Source: Candidatus Caldarchaeum sp. | GTDB lineage: Archaea; Thermoproteota; Nitrososphaeria_A; Caldarchaeales; Caldarchaeaceae | Reading direction: 5' to 3' | NCBI GenBank assembly: GCA_038890155.1 | Contig: JAWAFZ010000001.1 | Location: 1,189 to 65,188 of the forward strand | Length of the DNA: 64,000 bases | Shown: positions 19,040 to 29,202 of the stretch, in pieces | Numbering within the stretch: position 1 is the stretch's first letter | Layout of the letters: each line of letters begins with the position of its first letter | Made by a program: the position numbers and the translations under genes | The notes under the pieces: generated by a model | Seen by the model: the letters and a program-made list of their open reading frames with translations, nothing else | What the model was told of the DNA's origin: nothing | The model's database searches: none

Positions 19040-19626
19040 TACTGTCTACGCACCACGGCCCCCCCGGGCTCAACCTCCGAGAAAACCTCAGCCCTAAACT
19101 TGCTTAGACGCATCTTACCGTAAACCCAGTAAGTTGGGTTGAGACCAGCTTTGACACACAGATGGGACAGGTATTCTTCAGCGTTCCAGCCGTACTCGAC
19201 TGGCACTTGGGGGAGAAGCAAGCCAGAGCCGTAGGGGGTTTCCAAGATCAGCCCATCCTTACCCACCTCTATCTTAACCGGCAATTCCTGCCTCGACTCG
19301 GTGTCAACCGGCACGGGAGGCGTAAGCACGCTGACCTCGAACACGACCCTAGGAAGCTCCTCAGGCGTAATCGGCGGAAACCTCGGGTCGTCGAAGGCAG
19401 CTGCGAGAGCAGCCCTAGCCGTGGCCTCATCCAGCGGCATATCCGGCTTGACAAAGCCTATGCATCCACGCAGGTCCTTGGCTGGATGGGTGTATATCGA
19501 GACGAACACTCCTCTCTTCTCAGACGAGCCACGACCTCCGGGCCTGTAAAGCTTTTCCGTCGCAAAATAGTGTTCTACGGCTCTTCGGGCTACGGAGACG
19601 AGCAGAGCGCCTTCTTCCAGGTCCAT
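19039..19626 (-). CDS. AMMECR1-domain protein
   Basis: The motif LRGCIGFV (the conserved AMMECR1 Cys-Gly motif), 195 aa. Confidence 0.8.
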   Translation of the reverse strand: MDLEEGALLVSVARRAVEHYFATEKLYRPGGRGSSEKRGVFVSIYTHPAKDLRGCIGFVKPDMPLDEATARAALAAAFDDPRFPPITPEELPRVVFEVSVLTPPVPVDTESRQELPVKIEVGKDGLILETPYGSGLLLPQVPVEYGWNAEEYLSHLCVKAGLNPTYWVYGKMRLSKFRAEVFSEVEPGGAVVRRQ

Positions 19627-19633
19627 CTTCGCA

Positions 19634-20053
19634 CTAGGTTAGAAGCTGCTCAAGCGTCTTACTAATGTTTCTCCAGTGTCCTCCAACCCAGTAGCGCTTA
19701 CCGCAGAACCCGCACACCCATTCAGGAGGCTGCGTCGACGACCTATCCAGCAGCGTGTTGCATTCGGGGCAGCGGCTGTTATCCATGTTGAAGACGAGTT
19801 TTATACCTGTCTCGGACTGTATTTTTTTGAGCGACTGGACTACGTCGTTAGAGTTTAGTAGAACGTTCCTCACCGAGTTTTTGACAGCCCTTTGAGCCAG
19901 CTCCCTGTCCCTCGTGACTAATATCCTCTCCTCCCTCCTAGCGGCTTCTATGAGCTCCTCGTCGGAGAGGTTATCGTTGTACAGAGTGTCGTATCCCAAA
20001 AGCCTCAGCCAGGTCACTAGATGGCCGAGCATCGTGTCGAGGATGAACTTCAT
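19634..20053 (-). CDS. Mut7-C RNase domain protein (DUF82; PIN-like domain plus zinc ribbon)
   Basis: FILDTMLGHLVTWLRLLGYD followed by a C-terminal zinc-binding pair CPECN…C.FCG. The start was taken at the internal Met (MKFILD). Confidence 0.7.
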   Translation of the reverse strand: MKFILDTMLGHLVTWLRLLGYDTLYNDNLSDEELIEAARREERILVTRDRELAQRAVKNSVRNVLLNSNDVVQSLKKIQSETGIKLVFNMDNSRCPECNTLLDRSSTQPPEWVCGFCGKRYWVGGHWRNISKTLEQLLT

Positions 20054-20640
20054 TCCGGAGCGCTGAACTTCCCCTTCCCCTCGAGCTCCATCCGGCATTC
20101 CTCGCACAGAAGCTGGTCCTCAACCCTCACCAAAAGGTCCGACCACTCACCACAGGAATCACAGTACCCTTCGACGGGGTTTGAAGACGGGTATGCAGCA
20201 GCTCCGCCGATCTTTAGCTTTTCCCTCACGATAGACAAAATCTCGGGGGTGACTTGGAGAATGTCCTTGATTGTGACTACTCCGACGAGCTTCTCCTTGT
20301 AGACCACCGCAAGCCTGCTGAGCTTGAGACGATTCATCTTGCTCAAAGCATCCTCGATCAACACGTCGGGCTCGATCGTCTGGAGAGGCGTGGTCATGAT
20401 ATCCCTAGCCCTCACCTTGTTGGGGTCGCTGCCGTTGGCCACAACTTGGCAGACTACGTCTGTCTTCGTGATGATTCCTAACGGCTTCCCGTTCGAAGTT
20501 ATGACTATGCTGCCTATGCCGTACTTCCTCATCAACCCAGCCACCTCAACTATCGTCGCCGAGTCGCTCGCCTCGATGACCGGGCTCGACATCACGTCTC
20601 TAACCCTGACCTCGTCGAAAAGGGCTGTCGGCTTTACCAT
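20050..20640 (-). CDS. CBS-domain pair protein with a C-terminal zinc ribbon
   Basis: Two CBS repeats followed by CDSCGE…CEEC. Confidence 0.75.
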   Translation of the reverse strand: MVKPTALFDEVRVRDVMSSPVIEASDSATIVEVAGLMRKYGIGSIVITSNGKPLGIITKTDVVCQVVANGSDPNKVRARDIMTTPLQTIEPDVLIEDALSKMNRLKLSRLAVVYKEKLVGVVTIKDILQVTPEILSIVREKLKIGGAAAYPSSNPVEGYCDSCGEWSDLLVRVEDQLLCEECRMELEGKGKFSAPE

Positions 20641-20664
20641 CTTCCCCCAAACTACTTATGACAA

Positions 20665-22554
20665 TTAACGACTAATAAGCTTGTCCAAATAATACACCGA
20701 GCAACGTCCGAAAGGTATCTGGGCTGCAAGCATTTCGGCCTCCTCCTTTGAAGGTGTTGCGTTCATCAGCTTGAAAACCTTAATAGCAGCGTCTCTAGCC
20801 AACGTCCCTCCCGGCCTCAGCTCGACGAAACTACGCCCCGACCGGAGACCCGTTAGGTAGGGAACAACCGCAAAGCCTTTATCCGTCTGGACAGCCGCAA
20901 GCCTAAGCTCGGCAGAGACATATCTTCTCTGGCCGTAGACCATGAAAGAACCCTTCGGCAGGAACTGGCCGGTGGGCGGGGTGAAGGAGACTTGGTCAGC
21001 CGCCACGTAGTAAACCGATGCGTTTGAGAACATCTCCCTCCAAGCTCTGCTGTAGGAGGCGGTGAACTGGGCTGCCTCCATTGTGTCTGCTTCAGAGGCT
21101 CTCCCCCCGTCCTTCAGGACCGTCGCCGGCGACCCCGCCACCTCTGTATGGAACACGACATCGTTCCCGGCTAGGTGTTGCTTGAGCAACTTTATGTTCG
21201 ACCTGCTGTCTCTGCCCGACATAACTAGAAAACCGCCGGAGGTCGTGAACTCTCTGAAGGGCCTGACCTGCATTCGGGGCGTAGGCTTGGGCAAGTGCTT
21301 CTCCAGCTCAACCAACTCACTGCCAGAAGCAAGGCGTCTAACCCTATCGTCGATGTTCTCAACCTCGGCTGAAAGCTTTTCCAAGGAGTTTTTGAGGGTT
21401 TTAAGCTCGTCGTACAGCTTTCCAAGCTCTCTATGTATCGAGGAGGTGCGCCTCAATACAAGCCTCAGTTCTCCCATCTGAAGCGTTAGCGTTTTGTCAT
21501 CCAGTTCAGCCCTGCATCCCGTTGACGCACAGACTTGTTCAACCTCTTCCTTAGGAGCTTTCCACAGGTCTTCCAGCATGTAGGTCAACGGCTTAGTTCT
21601 GTTGATAAAGTTCTCTAAATCGTCTATCCTTCTCCTTAGCTTATCGATTGCGAAAAGCTTGTCCCTCCTCTCCCTCTCCAAAGCTTCTACCTGCTGCTGG
21701 ATGGATTGCTTCTCCGACTCCATCCGTCTTCTGCCAACTTCGTTTATGTAAGCCTCCAAAACGGCCTGGCTGAAGCTGGTTTTTTCCTCGAAATCGAGTT
21801 CATGGAGGGACTTCAGCTCGACGGGGCTGGGCACCTTCTCCAGCCCACGCTTGTAGACTCGTGGTCGGGGCTTGGTCATCTCCTCGAAAAGCTCCTTCAA
21901 TGCCTCTCCGATCCTGTTCTTCTCCTCCTCAACTAGGCTGGACGTCTTCTTCCTCTTCTCGACGCCAGCCCTGTACAGAACCTCTTCCGCGTACTTCCCC
22001 CCCAGACCTAGGTCTCTAGAAAGAGATGCAACAACGGGCGAACTCGGGTTGAGCATGTGTAAATGCTCAGAAGGGTTCATCGAAGGGATTAGGGCGAACT
22101 TTTCAGCGGGTGGTTTGTAGGAAGTCCCCTTGACTATTGTTCGTGCGGAAGACTTGACAGGCTCGAGAAGCCAGACCACGGTATCGTCATTGATTATGAA
22201 GACACCGCCGGGAGGCATGAGCTCCGCCACGAGCCTAAGACCCTCTCTGTCGTACGCAAGTTCCACAATCCTCTCGGACCCACGCTGGCTCAACGCAGTT
22301 ATTTTTAGGCCTCCGACCATCCTCCTAAGCTGGAGGATGTTGGCCGGCGGTTCGGCTGGCTTGGGATACGGAGTAGCCGTGTAAGTAATCATCTTCCCTG
22401 CTGCGACCAAAAGTTCGAACGACTGGAGCTCCGGCTTGTGAAGCTTGAAGACTAGTGTTTTCTCCTCTGTCTGGTAAACGTTTTTAACGTAGGCATCCTC
22501 GACGAGGTTTTTGAGCTCTTTCACGACGACCGTGAGCTCAGCTGACGTGAGCAT
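20665..22554 (-). CDS. NFACT-family protein (FbpA/Tae2/Rqc2-like, ribosome-quality-control homolog)
   Basis: 629 aa. It has an NFACT-N-like N-terminus, a central coiled coil and a DUF814/NFACT-R-like region (…FTTSGGFLVMSGRDSRSN…). The length and architecture are typical of archaeal homologs. Confidence 0.65.
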   Translation of the reverse strand: MLTSAELTVVVKELKNLVEDAYVKNVYQTEEKTLVFKLHKPELQSFELLVAAGKMITYTATPYPKPAEPPANILQLRRMVGGLKITALSQRGSERIVELAYDREGLRLVAELMPPGGVFIINDDTVVWLLEPVKSSARTIVKGTSYKPPAEKFALIPSMNPSEHLHMLNPSSPVVASLSRDLGLGGKYAEEVLYRAGVEKRKKTSSLVEEEKNRIGEALKELFEEMTKPRPRVYKRGLEKVPSPVELKSLHELDFEEKTSFSQAVLEAYINEVGRRRMESEKQSIQQQVEALERERRDKLFAIDKLRRRIDDLENFINRTKPLTYMLEDLWKAPKEEVEQVCASTGCRAELDDKTLTLQMGELRLVLRRTSSIHRELGKLYDELKTLKNSLEKLSAEVENIDDRVRRLASGSELVELEKHLPKPTPRMQVRPFREFTTSGGFLVMSGRDSRSNIKLLKQHLAGNDVVFHTEVAGSPATVLKDGGRASEADTMEAAQFTASYSRAWREMFSNASVYYVAADQVSFTPPTGQFLPKGSFMVYGQRRYVSAELRLAAVQTDKGFAVVPYLTGLRSGRSFVELRPGGTLARDAAIKVFKLMNATPSKEEAEMLAAQIPFGRCSVYYLDKLISR

Positions 22555-22638
22555 CCATCTAAGGCAACGGCTCTGCTCGGTAAAAACTGTTGACCTGCCA
22601 ACCTTAAATTAGCGTTTTCTCGAGGAGAACGGAGGAGC

Positions 22639-22908
22639 TTGGGCTTCGACTACGTCTACTGGGTGAAAGTTATTACAGCCGTAGCCTACGGATACATCTC
22701 GGCATATGGGGCTCTAGCTCTCGACTCCGCTCTGTACACCTACGTTTTTTTGTTCACGGCTGTTGTCATTTACATAACCCTAGCTGAGATTATCTGGAGG
22801 ATGGGCGGCATGAAGGTTCGGAGAAGACAGTCCTACCTAAACGGGGCTGGAGGGTACGCGGGTGTTTACCTTCTAACTTGGCTTATGTTCTTCAACCTTC
22901 TTGCGTAG
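22639..22908 (+). CDS. hypothetical small membrane protein
   Basis: 89 aa with two or three hydrophobic helices. An AT-rich box lies upstream. Confidence 0.35.
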   Translation: MGFDYVYWVKVITAVAYGYISAYGALALDSALYTYVFLFTAVVIYITLAEIIWRMGGMKVRRRQSYLNGAGGYAGVYLLTWLMFFNLLA

Positions 22909-23257
22909 CGGTTATTTTCGCCGGCTTGGGAAGCTTGTCGACAGCCTCTATCACATGCCGCCACGCATGGAAGAACCTGTCCTCCTTTCCAAGGATCTGT
23001 GATAGACCCTCCATGGACCTTTTGACATCACCCTTCCTCCTCCTATACTCCTCGTTAAGAAAAAGCATGTAGAGCAGGGAGTCTCTGTCTTCACCGACGT
23101 AGGAATGGTACAAACCCTTGAGGGCGTGGATGTACCTCGTGTCGTCGGGGTGCTTCTCCTCCAGTTGTGTAAGATACTTCTCAGCCTCGGTAAGCTTGTT
23201 CCTGAACAGAACATCCAAGAACTCGAAGGTCTCCTTGGCCGAGACTACCATCATCAT
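22892..23257 (-). CDS. hypothetical helical protein, translationally coupled to radA
   Basis: 121 aa. Its ATG overlaps the radA stop (GGATGATGATGG), so it is co-transcribed with radA. Confidence 0.5.
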   Translation of the reverse strand: MMMVVSAKETFEFLDVLFRNKLTEAEKYLTQLEEKHPDDTRYIHALKGLYHSYVGEDRDSLLYMLFLNEEYRRRKGDVKRSMEGLSQILGKEDRFFHAWRHVIEAVDKLPKPAKITATQEG

Positions 23258-24219
23258 CCACCTTCCTCAACGTCTTCGACGCCGTTCTCAGTTATCTGGA
23301 AAACCGCCTCTCCCTCAGGCAGGTAGGGGCTCGAGACCAGCCGAGCTATCCTCGTCCTCCTGCCAGATACCTTGCGGAGCAAAACTCTGTTGTGGCTGGT
23401 GTGGCCGACGATGTGGCCTCCTATTGGATAAACAGCCGAGCTGCTGAAGATGTCGTCGGGCCTCGCCATCACCTGGTTTGTGGCCACGGCGGCGGCGTTG
23501 AAGGCTCTGGCCAGCCTAACGATGCGATGCATGTGTTTGTTCAGCTTCTGCTGCCTTTCAGGAAGCATCTGCCTTCCAAGATATTCGCTCCTGAAGTGAG
23601 CTGTCAACGAGTCGATTATGATTAGTTTAACGTTTTTCTCCTTGATGAGTTTGTCAGACTTCTCTATTAGAATCATTTGATGGTCGCTTGTGTAGGCTTC
23701 TGAGTATATTATCCGCTCCATGACCTCGTCGGGTTCGAGCCCTAAATGTTTGGCCATCGATACTATTCTTTCAGGCCTGAATGTGTTCTCGGTGTCTATG
23801 TAGAGCGCAGACCCGTCGAGTCCTCCGCGCCTTACTGGTAGCTGAACGTTTACGGCTAGCTGGTGGCATATCTGGGACTTGCCCGTGCCGAACTCTCCGA
23901 AGAACTCTGTTATCGCCTGCGTCTCAACGCCCCCGCCGAGCAGCATGTCTAGCCTCATGCTTCCCGTACTGATGCGGCCTATCGAGGTCTTGAGGTCGGC
24001 CAACTCCTTTGCAGTCACCCACGTTATCTCGATGCACTCTCTCGCGGTCGAGATTACTTGCGATGCCTGCTTCTCGTCGAACCCAGCTGCAACAAGCTCA
24101 GCCACCGTGGCAGTTGCGACAGACTCAACGGTCGTGTACCCCATCTCCTTAAGCTTTTCCGCTAGATGTTTGCTCACCCCAGGCAAGTCCTCTAAGTACA
24201 CGTAGCGAGACTCTTTCAA
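23254..24219 (-). CDS. radA: DNA repair and recombination protein RadA
   Basis: 321 aa. It has an N-terminal HhH domain, Walker [10 protein letters not shown], and a RecA/Rad51 core. Confidence 0.9.
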   Translation of the reverse strand: MKESRYVYLEDLPGVSKHLAEKLKEMGYTTVESVATATVAELVAAGFDEKQASQVISTARECIEITWVTAKELADLKTSIGRISTGSMRLDMLLGGGVETQAITEFFGEFGTGKSQICHQLAVNVQLPVRRGGLDGSALYIDTENTFRPERIVSMAKHLGLEPDEVMERIIYSEAYTSDHQMILIEKSDKLIKEKNVKLIIIDSLTAHFRSEYLGRQMLPERQQKLNKHMHRIVRLARAFNAAAVATNQVMARPDDIFSSSAVYPIGGHIVGHTSHNRVLLRKVSGRRTRIARLVSSPYLPEGEAVFQITENGVEDVEEGG

Positions 24220-24284
24220 ACCTCCGCTCCTAGTTCATGGCTGCGGGGAATTATAAAAACTAATAGCCTCGGCAAGCTCACACC

Positions 24285-25520
24285 GTGTCGATGAAGGCGG
24301 TCTTGATTGTTCTCGACGGTCTAGGGGACCGGAGATGCAGATCCTTGAACGGGCTAACACCTCTCCAGGCTGCCAGCCCTTCTTTGTTCGACAGGCTTGC
24401 TGCTGAGGGCGAGACTGGAATAGTGGACGTTGTTTCCCCTGGGGTTCCCAACGGAAGCGACACAGGACACCTAGCTTTGCTGGGCTACGACCCTCACAAA
24501 TACTACACGGGCCGTGGGCCTTTCGAGGCTTTGGGAGCTGGTCTAGACCTCGAGAAAGGTGATGTTGCGTTCAGGTGTAATTTTGGCACAGTCGACTCTG
24601 GCTTGGTGCTCGTTGACCGAAGGGCTGGAAGAATATCATCGGAGGAGGCCGGAAGGCTGGCCGAGTCGGTTGGAGAGATGGAAGTTGAGGGCGTGAAAGT
24701 CTTGTTCAAACACACCGTTGAACACAGGGGCGTCCTACTCCTACGGGCCGACGGGCTGTCTCACAGAGTTTCGAACGTAGACCCGCACAGCACGGGGACT
24801 GTCGTCGCCATGCCCAAGCCGCTTGACGAAAGCAGAGAAGCAAAATTCACGGCCGAAGTCCTTACGAGGTATCTGACAGAGGCAAGAAAGATACTGGCAA
24901 CTCATCCAATAAACCTGAGAAGGGTTGAGCTTGGCCTTCCTCCCGCCAACTTCATACTTACTCGGGGAGCGGGCGTTAAGCCAGACCTTCCGAGCTTCAA
25001 GTCGAAGTACGGCATGCGGGGAGCTGTTGTCGCTGGAGGTGCTCTGTACAAGGGCGTCTGCAAGGCGGCAGGGTTGGACGTAGCCCGTGTCGAGGGGGCT
25101 ACGGGAACCGTCAACACAAACCTACTAGGCAAGGCTGCGGCTGTGCTGGAGCACCTCAAAACCCACGACTTTGTCCTTCTCCACGTAAAAGCCACCGATA
25201 CGTTGAGCCATGACAAAAAGCCCGCCGAAAAAGTGATGATGATAAAGAAGGTGTCGGAAGCTTTGAAGAAAATGGTGGAGGAGCTTCCCGACGGAGCACA
25301 TCTAGCCGTCACCGGAGACCACACGACTCCGTCGGAGTTGGGGGAGCATCGGGGAGACCCGGTTCCGCTGCTGGTCTGGGGTCCGCAGGTAAGGGGCGAC
25401 ATGGTTAACTCTTTCAACGAAGTTTCATGCAGCCGTGGAGGGCTGGGTAGAATTAGAGGAGTGGACGTAATGCCTATATTGGCAAATTACGCGGGAGCTC
25501 TAGAGCTGTTCGGCGAGTGA
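24285..25520 (+). CDS. apgM: 2,3-bisphosphoglycerate-independent phosphoglycerate mutase, archaeal type
   Basis: 411 aa with an N-terminus LIVLDGLGD… in the ApgM family fold. Confidence 0.8.
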   Translation: MSMKAVLIVLDGLGDRRCRSLNGLTPLQAASPSLFDRLAAEGETGIVDVVSPGVPNGSDTGHLALLGYDPHKYYTGRGPFEALGAGLDLEKGDVAFRCNFGTVDSGLVLVDRRAGRISSEEAGRLAESVGEMEVEGVKVLFKHTVEHRGVLLLRADGLSHRVSNVDPHSTGTVVAMPKPLDESREAKFTAEVLTRYLTEARKILATHPINLRRVELGLPPANFILTRGAGVKPDLPSFKSKYGMRGAVVAGGALYKGVCKAAGLDVARVEGATGTVNTNLLGKAAAVLEHLKTHDFVLLHVKATDTLSHDKKPAEKVMMIKKVSEALKKMVEELPDGAHLAVTGDHTTPSELGEHRGDPVPLLVWGPQVRGDMVNSFNEVSCSRGGLGRIRGVDVMPILANYAGALELFGE

Positions 25521-25891
25521 CTGGTGCCAGGCTTCCGATAATCATAAGGGTTGAGGGGCTAACCGACGTTGAGGGTGAGCTACACAGGTTCGCCGCACCC
25601 CTCACCGTCGAGGAGATCGTAAAACGTCTTCCCCTCGAGGGTTTCGTGGCCCGATGGCCCGCAGCAGTCTACATCATCACAGAAGTCCATAGAGGCGTGG
25701 AGAAATCCAGCAGCATGCTTGCGGCCGGCGACATCTTCTACTGGTCGCCTGAAGGCGTGTTCGGCGTAGCTTTGGCGGAGCACGTGCCTCGATCCCAGAC
25801 TCTAAAGATCGGATCCGTCGGCAAGCGCTACTCTGTGTTGGAAAAGGCTAGGGTTGGCTCTCGGATGAAGGTTTCTTTGAGGACTTCTTAG
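25517..25891 (+). CDS. hypothetical protein (possibly a cyclophilin-like fold)
   Basis: 124 aa with no catalytic motif recognised. It overlaps the apgM stop. Confidence 0.4.
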   Translation: MTGARLPIIIRVEGLTDVEGELHRFAAPLTVEEIVKRLPLEGFVARWPAAVYIITEVHRGVEKSSSMLAAGDIFYWSPEGVFGVALAEHVPRSQTLKIGSVGKRYSVLEKARVGSRMKVSLRTS

Positions 25892-26243
25892 CCTTCTTGG
25901 GCTTAGCTTCAGCCTCGGTTGATGCTTGGGGTGTGGGAGCTGCCGCGGTCTTGAGAAGCGGCTCGTAGATTCTTATGCGGTTTACGCCTACAACCTCCCG
26001 GATTAAACCCCTAGAAACGAACTCTTTGAGGACGGCCTTGGCTATGGATACCCTCACCTTCAGACGCTCAGCCAGAATGGACGGGGTGACGACCTTCAGC
26101 CCAGCCAGAGCACCCTTGACCTCCTCATCGGACGGCAGCACAACCCTGAGAACACCCTTCTCCACAGGCTCCTCCTTCTTCTTCTCAGCCGGCTTCTTCC
26201 GCTCCTGCTTCTTCTGATCCCCGCTCACGGCTCTGGATGACAT
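25848..26243 (-). CDS. rps25e: ribosomal protein S25e
   Basis: A Lys-rich N-terminal tail followed by a winged-helix core (VVTPSILAERLKVRVSIAKAVLKEF…IRIY). An extra Lys/Ala-rich C-terminal tail is present. Confidence 0.65.
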   Translation of the reverse strand: MSSRAVSGDQKKQERKKPAEKKKEEPVEKGVLRVVLPSDEEVKGALAGLKVVTPSILAERLKVRVSIAKAVLKEFVSRGLIREVVGVNRIRIYEPLLKTAAAPTPQASTEAEAKPKKAKKSSKKPSSESQP

Positions 26244-26293
26244 GGCTTCATTTATTAAGGCTTAAACCCTGCCCAGCCCAAACATGAGCAGGG

Positions 26294-27070
26294 ATGACAA
26301 AGCCCTCCATAAAATACCTCGGCCATGTAGCTCTAGTGAGGCTTCCGCCCGGCTTCGTCGGCAGCCCTGAAAAGTACGCCGAGGGCCTGCTAGCTAAAGG
26401 ACCTAAGGTGAAGACGGTTGTGCTCATCGACGGCGTCGAAGGCCAGCTAAGGACTCCACGTGTGAGAGGTGTTTTTGGCGAGTCTTCCGCCGAGACGGTT
26501 CACAGGGAGAATGGCATGGTGTTCAAGCTTGACGCTTCACGGTTGATGTTCTCTCTGGGGAACAGCTTCGAGCGGCTTAGGATGATGAAGCTTCCCAGAG
26601 AAGGCGAGACAATAGTCGACATGTTTGCGGGAGTCGGGCAGTTCACGATTCCAGCGGCAAAATCCAGAGCAGAGCAAGTCTATTCCTTCGAAGTCAACCC
26701 TCACGCCTACGACTACCTGCTGCAGAACATAAGCCTTAACAAGGTTGAGGACAGAGTGAAGCCGTTCTGCGACGACTGCCGCAACGCCGCAAAACACGGC
26801 TTGAGAGAAGCAGCCGACCGGATAATAATGGGATACTTGAACGGAACCCTCAACTACCTCCCAACCGCGCTCGACATAGCCAAATCCGAAGCCGTCATTC
26901 ACTTGCACGAGCTGGCTAAACCACTCGACGGATGGGCTGAACTCTTCAGCCGCTGCCAGGTCTTGGCGCGTGAGGTGGGTAGGGAGCTGAAGCTAGTGGC
27001 GTGGAGGGTTGTCAAGACCTACTCGGCTAGGATGTGGCATTATGTTCTAGACCTAGGGCTCGGAGGCTAG
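26294..27070 (+). CDS. tRNA methyltransferase of the Trm5/TYW2 (Taw2) family
   Basis: SAM motif DMFAGVGQFTIPAA and the NYLP motif (the NLP-type motif of the Trm5/TYW2 class). Confidence 0.75.
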   Translation: MTKPSIKYLGHVALVRLPPGFVGSPEKYAEGLLAKGPKVKTVVLIDGVEGQLRTPRVRGVFGESSAETVHRENGMVFKLDASRLMFSLGNSFERLRMMKLPREGETIVDMFAGVGQFTIPAAKSRAEQVYSFEVNPHAYDYLLQNISLNKVEDRVKPFCDDCRNAAKHGLREAADRIIMGYLNGTLNYLPTALDIAKSEAVIHLHELAKPLDGWAELFSRCQVLAREVGRELKLVAWRVVKTYSARMWHYVLDLGLGG

Positions 27071-27415
27071 ACGCTGCTTCAGCCATTTCGCAACAGCTGA
27101 GAAAGTTGGGCTTCTGGAAACGTTGATGACCAAGGCTTCAGGGCCCTTCTCAGCGCTCAGCATCTGGGTATAGTTCGGCAGAGGAGCGAAAGAAACGCTC
27201 ATCCAGTAAACTCTTCCGCTCATCAACTCTTCAACCACCTTCGTGTTGTTCGATGCTAGAGGTATAGGCAGAAAAACAACGCCGTCCGCCCAGTACAGAA
27301 CAGCCGGCTGACCCGGCGGCAGAAGCATGTTCCGGATCAGCTCGTCAGCTGTCGGATACTTGATGTACTCCAGCACCACTATCTCCTTAAGCGGGCTGTA
27401 GACTATCTCCACCAT
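27053..27415 (-). CDS. hypothetical protein
   Basis: About 120 aa with no recognisable motif. The start was taken at the internal Met (MVEIVYSP), and an AT-rich box lies between it and the divergent ligase gene. Confidence 0.4.
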   Translation of the reverse strand: MVEIVYSPLKEIVVLEYIKYPTADELIRNMLLPPGQPAVLYWADGVVFLPIPLASNNTKVVEELMSGRVYWMSVSFAPLPNYTQMLSAEKGPEALVINVSRSPTFSAVAKWLKQRLASEP

Positions 27416-27467
27416 GCAATAAAGAGGATGGAAAATCCTTTTAAGTGTTTTTACACAATTATTCCAC

Positions 27468-29168
27468 ATGGATGGGCTTGAGTTCGTTTTGAGCAGGCCT
27501 TGGACAAGGTTTTACGACAAGTCTGTAAACAGCAACATCACGGCACCGAAAGCTTCTCTGCCGGACTTTTTTGAGGCGAACTGCTCAGAATACAGGGATA
27601 AAGTAGCCGCAGTCTTCCTCGACACGCAGTTCACTTTCGAGGAGCTCAGCAAGTATGTCAGAAGGTTTGCAGCCTTTATCTCCAAGCTGGGAATCGGAAA
27701 GGGAAGCAGAGTAGTTATTCTCCTTCCGAACAGCGTCCAGTTCATCGTATCATACTACGGAGTTCTCAAGACGGGGGCCACAGTTGTTCCGATAAACCCG
27801 CTGAGCACAGCCACCGAAATACAGCAATACTGCTCTGTCTCCTCCGCATCAGCAATAGTTTGTCTCGACTTGTTCATAGATAACGTGATGACAGCTGTGC
27901 CTGGCACACAGCTACGCCATGTAATCGTCTCCAACATCGCCGACCATCTACCCGGGTTCAAGAGAACTTTGGGAAAACTGTTGAGGAGGATACCTTCGAA
28001 GAACATTCCCAAGCACGATGCCGTCAAGGCTTACAGGGAGGCCTTGGAAACCCCTGAGGAGGAGACAACTGTCGACATCAACCCAGAGAAAGACACGGCC
28101 TCGCTCCAGTTCACTGGAGGAACAACGGGCCTTCCTAAAGCCGTCGTCCTAACTCATCACAACATATTGTCAAACATAGTGCAGATGTACGAGTTCATCA
28201 GACCCTACATAGTCGAAGCTGGAGAAACCTTTGCAGCACTATTACCTTTCTACCACATTTACGGGCAGACAGTAATACTCGGAGCTGGGCTCAACAAGGG
28301 CAACAAGCTGATAATCTTTCCGAGGCTAGAGCTCGAGAAGTTCATGGAAGATGTTGAGAAATACGCCGTAACCATACTGCCAGGAGTTCCCACCCTGTTC
28401 AACATCATGATGAGACAACTCCGAGCCGCTGAATTCAAGTATCCTAAGCTGAAGCTAGTAATATCTGGAGCGGACATGCTGCCGCCTGAAGTAGCCGAGG
28501 AGTTCGAGAGAACTTTCGGCAGAAAGATAGTCGAGGGCTACGGGCTCACTGAAGCATCTCCCGTCACCCACGTAAACCCGCCCGACAGGGTCAAGAAAGG
28601 CTCGTTCGGAATACCTATCCCATCCACTTTGGCGGCGGTCCTAGACCCAACTACGAAGAAATTCCTACCGCCTGGAGAGGTCGGGGAGCTTGTCGTTTCC
28701 GGGCCCCAGGTGATGAAGAGCTACTTGAATGATGACTCGAGCGTCTTCGTGATGGAGGCCGGCAGACGGTGGTTGATGACAGGCGACTTGGTTTGGATGG
28801 ATGAAGAGGGCTACTTCTACTTCGTGGAGAGGGCGAAGGATGTCATCAAGCACAAAGGGTTTACAGTTTTTCCGGCAGAGGTTGAGAGGGTTCTTTATCA
28901 AAGCGAGTCGGTCAAGGAGGCCTCGGTGGTAGGGATCAAGGACGAAGTTGCTGGTGAGAGAATTGTGGCGGCTGTTGTTCTCAAGCCAGGGGCCGACGAG
29001 CGCGTGGAGCTTGATAAACTGCGAGAAACTTGCAGGGCGAAGCTCGCCGAATACAAGCAACCCTCCGAGTTCATCGTCTTCAGCGAGCTGCCAAAGTCTC
29101 TCGTCGGTAAGATGCTCAGAAGACGAGTCAAGGAGATGATATATCAAAAGATAGGCGGGAAGGGCTGA
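27468..29168 (+). CDS. AMP-dependent synthetase/ligase (medium/long-chain acyl-CoA ligase)
   Basis: AMP-binding motif TGGTTGLPKAVVLTHHN and a C-terminal ligase core, 566 aa. Confidence 0.9.
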   Translation: MDGLEFVLSRPWTRFYDKSVNSNITAPKASLPDFFEANCSEYRDKVAAVFLDTQFTFEELSKYVRRFAAFISKLGIGKGSRVVILLPNSVQFIVSYYGVLKTGATVVPINPLSTATEIQQYCSVSSASAIVCLDLFIDNVMTAVPGTQLRHVIVSNIADHLPGFKRTLGKLLRRIPSKNIPKHDAVKAYREALETPEEETTVDINPEKDTASLQFTGGTTGLPKAVVLTHHNILSNIVQMYEFIRPYIVEAGETFAALLPFYHIYGQTVILGAGLNKGNKLIIFPRLELEKFMEDVEKYAVTILPGVPTLFNIMMRQLRAAEFKYPKLKLVISGADMLPPEVAEEFERTFGRKIVEGYGLTEASPVTHVNPPDRVKKGSFGIPIPSTLAAVLDPTTKKFLPPGEVGELVVSGPQVMKSYLNDDSSVFVMEAGRRWLMTGDLVWMDEEGYFYFVERAKDVIKHKGFTVFPAEVERVLYQSESVKEASVVGIKDEVAGERIVAAVVLKPGADERVELDKLRETCRAKLAEYKQPSEFIVFSELPKSLVGKMLRRRVKEMIYQKIGGKG

Positions 29169-29202
29169 ACATCTATTTATTGTGATTTTTAACTGAGACA
29201 AC

